A DNA stretch of 64,000 bases, from assembly GCA_963840455.1 (NCBI GenBank), contig CAWIYV010000007.1, positions 384,001 through 448,000 of the forward strand, given 5' to 3'. Source of the DNA: Nitrospirota bacterium (GTDB taxonomy: Bacteria; Nitrospirota; UBA9217). The notes under the pieces were generated by a model, which was not told the DNA's origin, searched no databases, and saw only the letters and a program-made list of their open reading frames with translations. Within the stretch, counting starts at the first letter, position 1. Each line of letters begins with the position of its first letter. This document shows, piece by piece, positions 31,180 to 39,940 of the stretch. The position numbers were made by a program, and so were the translations under genes.

Positions 31180-31701
31180 TTAATGCTTGTGCTCCATGGA
31201 CTGCGTTTTTTTCATCTTTCTCTTTTCCCGGATCATCTTTGTGTCCTCATACATGTCCGTGTAGGCTGACTTGATGACGTCGTCGAACGATGACAACGTG
31301 CCGCCGTTCGTTTTGATGAAGGCCTCGGCATCGTCCTTTTTCTCGAACGCCCATTTTCCACGCTTGGTCATCACGCCGGCCTTTGTGCCGCCGACAACCC
31401 AGAAGGCTTTCTCCGCATCGATGAGGGCTTTGGTCCCGAAATCCCCGACCTTGATCGCTGTCGGCGTTTTGTCGATGTTCATCGCCAGTTCGACTGCAGC
31501 GCAGTGGAGGCTGCAAACGCCCGTTGACGTACCATCGTCATACTCGATCAGCATCCGGGTAAAATCGAACTTCTGCCGGTCCATGCCGCAGTACTTGCAA
31601 CTCGGCGACTGCTTGACGTCGTCCTGCGCGACCGCCGTCATCGCCAACATCCCGAACACCACTGCCAATGCCAACGCCGCTGCTACGTTCTTCCTGTTCA
31701 T
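31180..31701 (-). CDS. NosL-family metal-binding periplasmic protein
   Basis: Signal peptide; CKYCGM, CSLHC, LIDAEKAFWVVG, GVMT, A.AF....GG. Confidence 0.8.
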   Translation of the reverse strand: MNRKNVAAALALAVVFGMLAMTAVAQDDVKQSPSCKYCGMDRQKFDFTRMLIEYDDGTSTGVCSLHCAAVELAMNIDKTPTAIKVGDFGTKALIDAEKAFWVVGGTKAGVMTKRGKWAFEKKDDAEAFIKTNGGTLSSFDDVIKSAYTDMYEDTKMIREKRKMKKTQSMEHKH

Positions 31702-31786
31702 ATGCCCCTCCTTGAATGAGAAATGGTGCTGCAAGCCGGATCTCCCGTATCAGAGAAGATTAGTATCCTGATTGATACCTGTCCAA

Positions 31787-32260
31787 CTACCGGACCTCCC
31801 GGGCGAGATCCTCCCGCGCCGCTGCAAGCGCCTCGTTCCAGGTGATGATCGCCCCGTCGTAGCGCTCGATGAACGCCTCTGCCGAGGCCCGGGTCGCAAA
31901 AGCCCACTTGGGCCGGTCCGTCATGACACCCCGCTTCGCGCCTCCCATGACCCATGCCGCTTTCTCCGCATCGATCAATGTCCGGTCATTACGGTCGGCC
32001 GCGAGGATGGCCTTCACCGTCCGTCCCGCATTCGAGTCGAGCTCAACCACAGCGCAGCGCAGGCTGCAGACGCCGACGGAGATCCCGTCCTCATATTGTA
32101 CCAGCATTCTGCTGAATCCGTAGGCCTTCCGGTCCATGCCGCAGTGGACGCAGGAACGGTATTCCGATATATCATCGCCAGCGGGGACAGCCGCTCCCGC
32201 CAAGATGACCAGCAGTGATGCACAAAAGAGGACGACGCAAACTCTCAGGTTCATGATCAT
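31787..32260 (-). CDS. NosL-family protein (paralog)
   Basis: CVHCGMDR, CSLRC, LIDAEKAAWVMG, GVMT. Confidence 0.8.
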   Translation of the reverse strand: MIMNLRVCVVLFCASLLVILAGAAVPAGDDISEYRSCVHCGMDRKAYGFSRMLVQYEDGISVGVCSLRCAVVELDSNAGRTVKAILAADRNDRTLIDAEKAAWVMGGAKRGVMTDRPKWAFATRASAEAFIERYDGAIITWNEALAAAREDLAREVR

Positions 32261-32288
32261 GTACTCCTCAAAGGGGCGATGGCTCCGA

Positions 32289-32846
32289 TCACGGCAGACC
32301 GGCCAGGACATTATGTAACCGCACCCCGTCCTTATAATCTTCGTTCATGCGAACGATTCCCGCACTATCCACGACGACGGTGATCCCCATTGTGCCATGA
32401 TAGAGGTTCTCGACCGTATCTTGCGTATCCGCAAGAATCGTCAATGCTGTGCCACTGAAACCGTAATTGGTCGCAGATTGCTGTACCTGTGTAATCGTGT
32501 CGCTAACATAATCCACCGCATAGAACCGCACATTCGGAAATGCGGGTATCTGGACATTCACTATATTGTCCATGTGGTCCCAACATATAGGGCACCACAT
32601 GGTGAAGTAAAATACCACTCCCTGCAAGCCGGTGGTCGTGAGGACAGAGGAAAGAGTGACATCATTTCCGAACATATCTGGAATGGTGAAATCCGGAGCT
32701 AGTTGGCCGGGTAAGGGTCCAATCGTGCCCGGCGTTACGGGGGGCTGCTTGTCGCTCCCGGATGGAAAGAGATCGTCCGTAATGCCGCCGCATCCGGCGA
32801 GCATGACAAGGATCATGATGAGGATGCTGTTCTTAACGGAACCCAT
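32289..32846 (-). CDS. Redoxin (AhpC/TSA-TlpA-like) lipoprotein
   Basis: Lipobox LAGC; APDFT; WCPIC. Confidence 0.78.
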   Translation of the reverse strand: MGSVKNSILIMILVMLAGCGGITDDLFPSGSDKQPPVTPGTIGPLPGQLAPDFTIPDMFGNDVTLSSVLTTTGLQGVVFYFTMWCPICWDHMDNIVNVQIPAFPNVRFYAVDYVSDTITQVQQSATNYGFSGTALTILADTQDTVENLYHGTMGITVVVDSAGIVRMNEDYKDGVRLHNVLAGLP

Positions 32847-33819
32847 AGCTCACTCCCAGGGTATAGATATCGGTGGTCGGGAAGTTATCGCCCCAGCCGT
32901 CCTGCCGGACCGCGTGGATCCAGGAGACCCTCGTGCTCCAATCATGGTCGGTGCTTGAATAGGCGAGTGCAGCGCCGATCGACTCCTTCCGAAATCCGCT
33001 CGATGGGTCCTTGGCGTCGTTGTAGGTCCCGTCCGCCTCCCGCAGATAGGAAAAGGACCCCGTGCCTGTCAGTTTGTCCCCGCCGGTGCCGATGTAGTAC
33101 GTGTAGCCGAGGGAAAGGGATGCGGATGTGCGGTCTCCCAAAGTCTTATGGTAAGGATCCACATATCTGCCGTATTCACGATTGACCGATCTCTCAATGT
33201 ACGTTCCATAGCTCAGCGACAGGGATGCGTTCCAGGGATTCACTGTTTTTGCGACAACGATATTGCCATCGAGACGGTAGAAGCCTCGTCCGGTAATATC
33301 GTAGCTGCTCGTCACATCATCATAGGGGGAAATGCCTGTCGGAACCAGCAAGCCCATGCCGATCGTGACCGACGGGATCATATCCTTCATGCTTCGGATC
33401 TTCCAGGCAGACTTGTCGTCGACAGCTTCATACCAGACATTTAGCGTCGTGTCGCCGATCCCATTAGACCGAGAGGTACTTCTTGGATAACCATTGTAAT
33501 TCCAAACATAGGGAACGGTAATGCTTGTCTGCCAGCGTGAAGCAAGGCGCTGGGCTAATCCGAGGTTTAGGCGATATTGCCAAAGATGATAATTTGGTTG
33601 GCTAAAATATTGTCCCTTGTTATTCCAGAGCCCATTGTATTTTTCCACATCTACGGACAGATCGATCATGCCCCGATAGTAACTGGGCAGCAGCAAGGCT
33701 GTTCCTCCACCTCCGCCGCAACAGGAGCCTGCCCAGGTGGAAAGGGGAGAAAGGAGCGCGGCCCCCGTGAAGAGGGCCGCGATCAGGATATAAAATGCCC
33801 GTGCACTTGGCATCAGCAT
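32833..33819 (-). CDS. Putative outer-membrane beta-barrel transporter with N-terminal CC motif
   Basis: Signal peptide then SCCGGGGG; GIGD, PTG motifs; alternating strands; ends LGVSYGFR. Confidence 0.6.
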   Translation of the reverse strand: MLMPSARAFYILIAALFTGAALLSPLSTWAGSCCGGGGGTALLLPSYYRGMIDLSVDVEKYNGLWNNKGQYFSQPNYHLWQYRLNLGLAQRLASRWQTSITVPYVWNYNGYPRSTSRSNGIGDTTLNVWYEAVDDKSAWKIRSMKDMIPSVTIGMGLLVPTGISPYDDVTSSYDITGRGFYRLDGNIVVAKTVNPWNASLSLSYGTYIERSVNREYGRYVDPYHKTLGDRTSASLSLGYTYYIGTGGDKLTGTGSFSYLREADGTYNDAKDPSSGFRKESIGAALAYSSTDHDWSTRVSWIHAVRQDGWGDNFPTTDIYTLGVSYGFR

Positions 33820-33821
33820 GC

Positions 33822-35432
33822 CTACTGGGGAGTGACGACGAAGGACGTATATGCGTTGGCACCGGAGGCTGCTGCGCCATCCGTGGTCTTGTCCTGTCCG
33901 TTCACTTGCAACTTGATGTAGATCGTGGCCGTCTGGCCAGATACAAGACCGCCGAGCCCGTTCAGGGACCAGTGGCCGTTGCCTGCGTCCGTTCCGATGA
34001 CCGGCGATGTAAATGACGTATCCGTTGCGGCCGATACGGCCATGGACGTCACCGTTCCCGTCGGACTGCTCAGCACTGAGCCGACCGACGCGGGATTGAA
34101 GTTCATCATCATGTTCTCGGCGTGGGAGATCATAAAGTTCAAGGTTTCGCTGGACGCATTGACCGACCCGTCCCGGAACAGGATGTATCGTGTATACTGC
34201 GTGCCGCTCGGCCCGCTGACGATATCGGCCGGTCCGTATAACCGCTGAACGATCGTATCGGTGCCCATCGCCATGCCGACAGAGGGATAGAATGTCGCTG
34301 ATTCGGCTCCCATCCCCATGCCGATCATGACCTTCATTTCCCAGATCCCCATGTTCAGACCCGAAGCCATAAGATAATAGGCCGTGCAGTCATAGGTGCC
34401 GGGAGTGCCGGATTCGGTGGCAGCATCGACCGGTGTGCCGTGGTTCTTCGTGGACATATGCATCATCGGCATGAGCTTGACCGTCAGGCCCGTTGCGGGC
34501 AAGCCGTCGCTCCGGTTCGTGATCCTGATCTTGAACATTGTTTTGCCTATCGTGGGCCCCATCATTCCCAGAGGAACATATTCGACCCGGTAGGTCGGTG
34601 TCAGCGAGACCTTTGAAAATGATAGATTGCCGACCTGGTCAACGGTCAGACCGGTCAAATTGCGGGTGGTGTTCGATAGACAGGTCACCAAAGCACATTC
34701 GAATTTATTCATAATATCCTCGGGAACGCTTCCCGTGCCGAGCGATACTGGCATTGATACGTTCTTGCCATCGAGAATCCCGTCAGCAAGATCCTGAGCA
34801 AGTGCTTCAAGCAGGTCGAACTGGTCGATCGGGCTGAGGCCAAGGTCCTTGGTCAATTGGCTGAACGCCATGGCCCGAAGGCCCGCGAGGCGCTGCGCCG
34901 TGCTGGATGCAGCGGAATAAGGCGCATTGCAGGGCGCGATGGATGCGTCGGGGGCGAAGCCGAAGGCCGAAGCGAACAGAGCAGATGCATCAGCATTCGT
35001 CCTGCCGTGGATGCGCATGAGATCGGCGATGATCGTTGATGAGGGATCGAGGTTCACGGAGGCATTTGAACCCATGCTTCCCGCCGACATATATGCCGCG
35101 AGGGAACTGGCCGTCGTCGTTGCGCCCGTCGCTTCGTCAACGAACGTTCCGCCGCTTGAACGGAAGAGAATCGTTCCCGTGAGGAAGCTGGACGGAATGC
35201 CAATGCTGTACCTGCCGTCCACGGCCGTGGTGACCGGTCCGGCTATGGTGGTGGTGCCTGTCGAGTTCAGGACAACAACAGTTGCCCCGGATACCGGGGC
35301 CGCGTAGACTGAACCGCTGACAGTCGTGTCTGTTGACGGCGCCGCATTGTTTGAAGAACCGCCGCACCCCGCAAGCAGGGCCAGAAACGCAGCAAGAACC
35401 AAAGCTAATCCTTTGTTCCGTTGTGTCTGCAT
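33822..35432 (-). CDS. Large lipoprotein with Met/His-rich (YtkA-like) region
   Basis: Lipobox LAGC; LMPMMHMSTKNHGTP, YYLMAS, MGMG, HAENMMMNF. Confidence 0.62.
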   Translation of the reverse strand: MQTQRNKGLALVLAAFLALLAGCGGSSNNAAPSTDTTVSGSVYAAPVSGATVVVLNSTGTTTIAGPVTTAVDGRYSIGIPSSFLTGTILFRSSGGTFVDEATGATTTASSLAAYMSAGSMGSNASVNLDPSSTIIADLMRIHGRTNADASALFASAFGFAPDASIAPCNAPYSAASSTAQRLAGLRAMAFSQLTKDLGLSPIDQFDLLEALAQDLADGILDGKNVSMPVSLGTGSVPEDIMNKFECALVTCLSNTTRNLTGLTVDQVGNLSFSKVSLTPTYRVEYVPLGMMGPTIGKTMFKIRITNRSDGLPATGLTVKLMPMMHMSTKNHGTPVDAATESGTPGTYDCTAYYLMASGLNMGIWEMKVMIGMGMGAESATFYPSVGMAMGTDTIVQRLYGPADIVSGPSGTQYTRYILFRDGSVNASSETLNFMISHAENMMMNFNPASVGSVLSSPTGTVTSMAVSAATDTSFTSPVIGTDAGNGHWSLNGLGGLVSGQTATIYIKLQVNGQDKTTDGAAASGANAYTSFVVTPQ

Positions 35433-35461
35433 GATTGTGACCTCTCCATGTTCATGAATAG

Positions 35462-35959
35462 TTATAGTCGCGATAAGAGATCAATGATCTCTTGTTCATA
35501 AACCGGTACGAATACCCCGCTGAATCCCTGGTGCACGTATCGGATGATGCTGTCACGGCCGATAAGATAGAGCGCCGGCAGACCGGAAAAGCGGTAGGCT
35601 TCCGCCGTATCGCCCCGCGTGTCCAGGACCACGGGAAAGCCGACAGGCCGCTTTTTCAGAAATGCCGCTAACCGTTCGGCGGTAGCGTCAACTGCTATTC
35701 CGATGACGATGAATCCCTTATCCCGATATATTCGATAGAGCCGATCCAGCTCGGGAAACTCCTCTCTACACGAAAGACACCAGGGGGCCCAGAAAGCGAG
35801 CAGGATAACGTTTCCGTTCAGACTTTCGAGTGAGACCGAACTTCCGTTCACATCAGCAAGCTGAAAAGCAGGCGCTCTATCCCCGGCCTGGACCGCGTTC
35901 ACAGTGGCAGGTGTCAGGACAAGCAAAAGGGCTATGAAGATGTTAATGTTCACGTTCAC
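35462..35959 (-). CDS. TlpA-family thiol-disulfide oxidoreductase
   Basis: APAFQL, FWAPWCLSCREE, cis-Pro GLP. Confidence 0.88.
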   Translation of the reverse strand: MNVNINIFIALLLVLTPATVNAVQAGDRAPAFQLADVNGSSVSLESLNGNVILLAFWAPWCLSCREEFPELDRLYRIYRDKGFIVIGIAVDATAERLAAFLKKRPVGFPVVLDTRGDTAEAYRFSGLPALYLIGRDSIIRYVHQGFSGVFVPVYEQEIIDLLSRL

Positions 35960-35971
35960 TCTGAAAGAAAT

Positions 35972-36033
35972 GGCTCCGCCTCAGAAATATCTTGAGCAGC
36001 AGGGATGATGCCGGATACTTCCGAAGCGGAGCC
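35972..36033 (-). promoter_or_regulatory. Long intercistronic RNA hairpin
   Basis: Minus strand GGCTCCGCTTCGGAAGTATC...GATATTTCTGAGGCGGAGCC: 20-bp stem whose 3 non-Watson-Crick pairs are all G-U. Confidence 0.6.
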
Positions 36034-36149
36034 GGGCGAAAGGGGGAGAAACGCCCATAGGTGTGAGCCGGCTTGCAGGACGGCGCACAAACGCAACCGG
36101 ATCGCGGTGCGCATTTCGACACGCTTACGGAAATACTGGAAACGAGGGG

Positions 36150-36437
36150 TTACGACCTGGGGGGATGTTCGCTGCTACTGGTGAGGATCAGTTCAGTGAA
36201 GACCGGATGGACCGGTTCGGTGAAAGATACGGAAAGGGTGGGAGGTGCAGTGCAGGGTGCCAGACCGACGCAGGGCATCTCGCCGTTCGAAGAAAGGGCC
36301 GGTGCGGCAGAGTGGCAGACGTCGAGAGTGCCCAGGAACGAGCGTCCGTCATTCACGGCCATGAACGACAACGATGTCACCGGAGCGAGGACCGTGAACG
36401 CGAGGACGATCAGCAGGATGAATGTTACCGACTTCAT
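36150..36437 (-). CDS. Small exported/membrane protein ending in EHPPRS; candidate leader/arrest peptide
   Basis: Hydrophobic N-terminus, CH/MPC/C residues, Pro-rich C-terminus; has its own consensus promoter. Confidence 0.65.
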   Translation of the reverse strand: MKSVTFILLIVLAFTVLAPVTSLSFMAVNDGRSFLGTLDVCHSAAPALSSNGEMPCVGLAPCTAPPTLSVSFTEPVHPVFTELILTSSSEHPPRS

Positions 36438-36443
36438 AGTTGA

Positions 36444-36472
36444 AGTATAGAAATAAAATATCGTCCTGTCAA
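36444..36472 (-). promoter_or_regulatory. Sigma70 promoter (leaderless) of the putative metal-uptake operon
   Basis: TTGACA-N17-TATACT, then 6 nt to ATG. Confidence 0.75.
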
Positions 36473-36817
36473 CGTAAAGTTTTAATTATTGTTGGTTTGA
36501 TGTGTGCCATATCGCGTTCATGGTAAGCTCTTTTGCGGGTTTTTATAACTGGAATGCCGCAAAATAGTGCACGAAGTTCAGCAGGAGGGTGTGAAACATC
36601 TGTCATGTGTATTTGCTCAATAGCCTGACGAGGTTCTATGATTCCGGATCTTGCGCTTCGACGCTGAGTGCATCCGGGTAGGCAGCAATGTTCGAAGCGA
36701 ACTTAACGGGGAATCAACACTGGATTTTTGAACGCTAACGGTAATGAGCACGATGAAACTCACGGTAATTACTGAATTCTTTATTGACACCTCCCGGCAA
36801 ATACGGTAATTTTAACC

Positions 36818-37396
36818 ATGACGGGCATCATTCTTGCCGGTGGAGAAAGCCGGCGCATGGGCACGGACAAGGCCCTGCTCGATATCAACGGCAGGCCCAT
36901 GATCGAACATGTTCTTGCAGTATTTGCAGGTCTGTTCAAGAAGACCATCATTGTCACGAACACGCCGGACCGATACCGGATGTACGGCGTCGAGCTGACC
37001 AGTGATGTCCTTGACATCCGTGGTCCACTGACCGGCATCTATTCGGGGCTGCTCAGATCGCATGATGAGTATAATTTCGTCGCAGCCTGCGACATGCCCT
37101 TTCTGAACCCCCGGCTCATAGCGTACATGGGAGAGCTGGCTGCGGGACATGATGCCGTGGTCCCGATGTTCGGCGGCGGTTTTCTCGAGCCGCTCCACGC
37201 GATCTACCGCAAGGGTATCTTCCCGGTCATCGAGATGCAGGTCCGGAAGCAGGACCGCAGGATCCGGGGTATGTTCGATCATATTCAGGTCAGGTATGTA
37301 ACAGAAGAAGAGATCGTCCGGTTCGACCCGCTGAAAAAGTCATTCAGGAATTTAAATACACCGAAGGAGTACAAGGAGGCAGTATGTTTGGATTAG
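36818..37396 (+). CDS. mobA: Molybdenum cofactor guanylyltransferase
   Basis: [39 protein letters not shown]. Confidence 0.92.
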   Translation: MTGIILAGGESRRMGTDKALLDINGRPMIEHVLAVFAGLFKKTIIVTNTPDRYRMYGVELTSDVLDIRGPLTGIYSGLLRSHDEYNFVAACDMPFLNPRLIAYMGELAAGHDAVVPMFGGGFLEPLHAIYRKGIFPVIEMQVRKQDRRIRGMFDHIQVRYVTEEEIVRFDPLKKSFRNLNTPKEYKEAVCLD

Positions 37397-37566
37397 GAAT
37401 GCCGGAGCTGTTGGTCATTCTGGTCATTGTCATTATCATCTTTGGGGCCAGCCGTCTCCCGCAGCTGGGCGAAGGGCTCGGCAAGGCCATTAAAGGCTTT
37501 AAGAAGGGGATCGCGGACAGCAACGAGGCGAACAAGGACTCGTCCAAGCCTGAAAATAAGTCATAA
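37384..37566 (+). CDS. tatA: Twin-arginine translocase subunit
   Basis: [39 protein letters not shown]. Confidence 0.95.
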   Translation: MFGLGMPELLVILVIVIIIFGASRLPQLGEGLGKAIKGFKKGIADSNEANKDSSKPENKS

Positions 37567-37588
37567 CCGGGAACGCGGGGCGTCGGCG

Positions 37589-39343
37589 ATGAAATGGGTA
37601 CTCGCAGAACATGATGCGGGGGCCGTTTCGCGGCTCTCGGACCAGGCCGGCATCCACCCGCTCATCGCACGGCTCATGGTCGCCCGGGGGATCACCGACG
37701 CCGCCGCTGCGCTTGTCTTCCTTTCCCGTGACCTTTCCTCGCTCTCCGATCCACGGGCCCTCCGCGGCATGGACAGGGCCGTCGGCCGCATCCGTCAGGC
37801 GATCTCTTCAGGCGAACCCATAACCGTTTACGGTGATTACGATGTTGACGGCGTGACCGGCGCCGCGCTGCTTTTCCTCGCGCTGCGGGAGCTGGGCGCC
37901 AGGGTCGATAGCTACATTCCGGACAGGATGACCGAAGGGTACGGCCTGAACGCAGAGGCTCTGGGCCGCATCAAGGCCTCCGGCGCGGCACTTGTCATCA
38001 CCGTCGATTGCGGTATCAGCGCCGTCAATCAGGCTGCCGCTGCCCGAGCACTGGGCCTCGACCTCATCATCACCGACCACCATGAATCGGCAGCGGTCCA
38101 CTGGGAGGGGCCGTCACCTGCCCCGGGTGTTCTGCCGGAGGCGTTTGCGGTCATCCATCCAGGGCTGGTCCAACCGGGAACTTCCGATGCCGTACGGGAT
38201 AGCATCGGCGGTCTCACGGGTGTGGGCGTCGCCTTCAAACTGGCACAGGCGCTCGCGGACCTGCCTGCCGGCGATGAACGCATGATGCAGTATCTCGACC
38301 TGGTGACCCTGGGGACCATTGCCGACATCGGCAGGCTCACGGGAGAAAACCGGGTCCTCGTGGGGCATGGGCTGGATATCCTCTCGTCGGAGCCGCCGCG
38401 CCTCCGGCCCGGCATCGCAGCGTTGAAGCAGGTCGCGAACCTGAGCGGCAAGAAGGTGAGCGTCGGGACCGTGGGCTTCACCCTGGCGCCGAGGATCAAC
38501 GCCAGCGGAAGGCTCGAGCGCGCCGACACCGCCTTCCGGCTCATGACCACGGGTTCGCCCGACGAGGCTCTGCACCTGGCGACCATGCTGGACCGGGTCA
38601 ACCGTGAGCGACAGGCGGTCGAAGAGGCCATCTGGGGGTCGGCCCGCGAGCTCTGCCTCCAGGCGGACATGGCGAACACCGGCGCCTTCATCCTGTCGTC
38701 CGATGAATGGCACCCCGGCGTGATCGGGATCGTGGCGTCGAGGATCGTCGAGGAGTTCTACCGTCCCACGGCGCTCATCTCGGTTAAGGACGGCGTGGGG
38801 AAGGGGTCTGCGCGGAGCATTCCGGGCTTCGACCTGTACCAGGGGCTGTCAGCCTGCTCTGACCTGCTCCTCGGGTTCGGCGGGCATAAGTACGCCGCCG
38901 GCCTTACGGTGGCCGTGGACCAGATCCAGCCCCTCAGGGAGCGGCTGAGCGCGGCAGTGCTCGAACTGTTCGGCCCCAACGGGTTCGTGAGGACCCTGTC
39001 CATCGATTCACCGGTCACTTTTGACGACCTGACTTTCGACCTGCTGCGCGACATCGAGCGGATGGCGCCCTTCGGCCAGGGCAATCCCGAACCGCGGTTC
39101 GGAGCCAAGGGCCTCGAGGTCCTGTCTCTCCGTCCGGTGAAGGACAACAAGCACCTGAAGCTCCGGCTCCGCCAGCAGAACAACCTGCAGTTCGATGCCA
39201 TCGCTTTCAACAAGGGTGAGTCGCTCGGAAGCCGGCTCCGGACCGGGACGCAGGTCGCCGCAGTGTTCACGCCGCGGATCAACACTTGGAACGGTATCAC
39301 GAACATACAGCTGGAGATCAGGGACATCAAGGTAGAAAAATGA
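37589..39343 (+). CDS. recJ: ssDNA exonuclease RecJ
   Basis: GDYDVDG, EGYGL, TVDCG, TDHH, PRINASGR, GSARS, GGHKYAAG. Confidence 0.96.
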   Translation: MKWVLAEHDAGAVSRLSDQAGIHPLIARLMVARGITDAAAALVFLSRDLSSLSDPRALRGMDRAVGRIRQAISSGEPITVYGDYDVDGVTGAALLFLALRELGARVDSYIPDRMTEGYGLNAEALGRIKASGAALVITVDCGISAVNQAAAARALGLDLIITDHHESAAVHWEGPSPAPGVLPEAFAVIHPGLVQPGTSDAVRDSIGGLTGVGVAFKLAQALADLPAGDERMMQYLDLVTLGTIADIGRLTGENRVLVGHGLDILSSEPPRLRPGIAALKQVANLSGKKVSVGTVGFTLAPRINASGRLERADTAFRLMTTGSPDEALHLATMLDRVNRERQAVEEAIWGSARELCLQADMANTGAFILSSDEWHPGVIGIVASRIVEEFYRPTALISVKDGVGKGSARSIPGFDLYQGLSACSDLLLGFGGHKYAAGLTVAVDQIQPLRERLSAAVLELFGPNGFVRTLSIDSPVTFDDLTFDLLRDIERMAPFGQGNPEPRFGAKGLEVLSLRPVKDNKHLKLRLRQQNNLQFDAIAFNKGESLGSRLRTGTQVAAVFTPRINTWNGITNIQLEIRDIKVEK

Positions 39344-39421
39344 ACGTACAGATAATTATTATAGGATCTTCTCCCTCTTATGTGGGTAACATTGTCCGCT
39401 ACCTAATAAGAATCGTGTTTT

Positions 39422-39594
39422 CTGCATATCCCCTTCGCATCCTGAATGAATTTCCTGACCCGTCTACGGCCACGTCCGCTCGCCCGCGCAAACTCGGCCT
39501 GCGGCCTCAGACATGCGCGTTCGCCCTGCGGGACGCTTCCTTAGGCCAAGACGGGTGCCCAGAAAATTCATAGGGACGCTCCGGGGACATGCGG
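39422..39594. repeat. About 170-bp imperfect palindromic intergenic element
   Basis: Arms GCATATCCCC..ATGAATTTCCTG-ACCCGTCT..GGCC pair with GGCC..AGACGGGT..CAGAAAATTCAT..GGGGACATGC. Confidence 0.6.
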
Positions 39595-39940
39595 GATTTG
39601 GGTATAGGCCTGTGCATCTGCCTTTCCAAAAGCTCCTGCATCCCGTGAACAGGTCCGTGCACAAGCATGCGCAGGCGGTCACGGCAGGTGCCATCACCAA
39701 GCCAGGCAGACACGGCTGAGCCCGTTTTGACGGGCGAGGGGAAGTGCTGCTTTACCCAATGAATATTGTTATCAGTACCAGTCCTGCATGCCTGCGCGGA
39801 CCTGTGAACCGGGGTGCAGAAAAAATGGCATCGTGAATTTTATCTTTTTTGACGACTGTAAATAGTTGCATGCTGCACAATTGCTTTGGAAATGAGTTTT
39901 TTGATATAGTGCATGATCGTTCGTGCTTGCATATAAATCT

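Noticed and set aside
31180-32260. N2O reductase (nos) cluster
   Set aside because: Only NosL-family genes; no nosZ, nosD, nosF or nosY in the window
32289-35959. Selenocysteine recoding in the redoxins
   Set aside because: Both have intact CxxC and full-length frames, with no in-frame TGA at the active sites
35960-36149. Known riboswitch (cobalamin, Moco, NiCo)
   Set aside because: No recognisable conserved boxes by eye; an Rfam scan would be needed to exclude it formally
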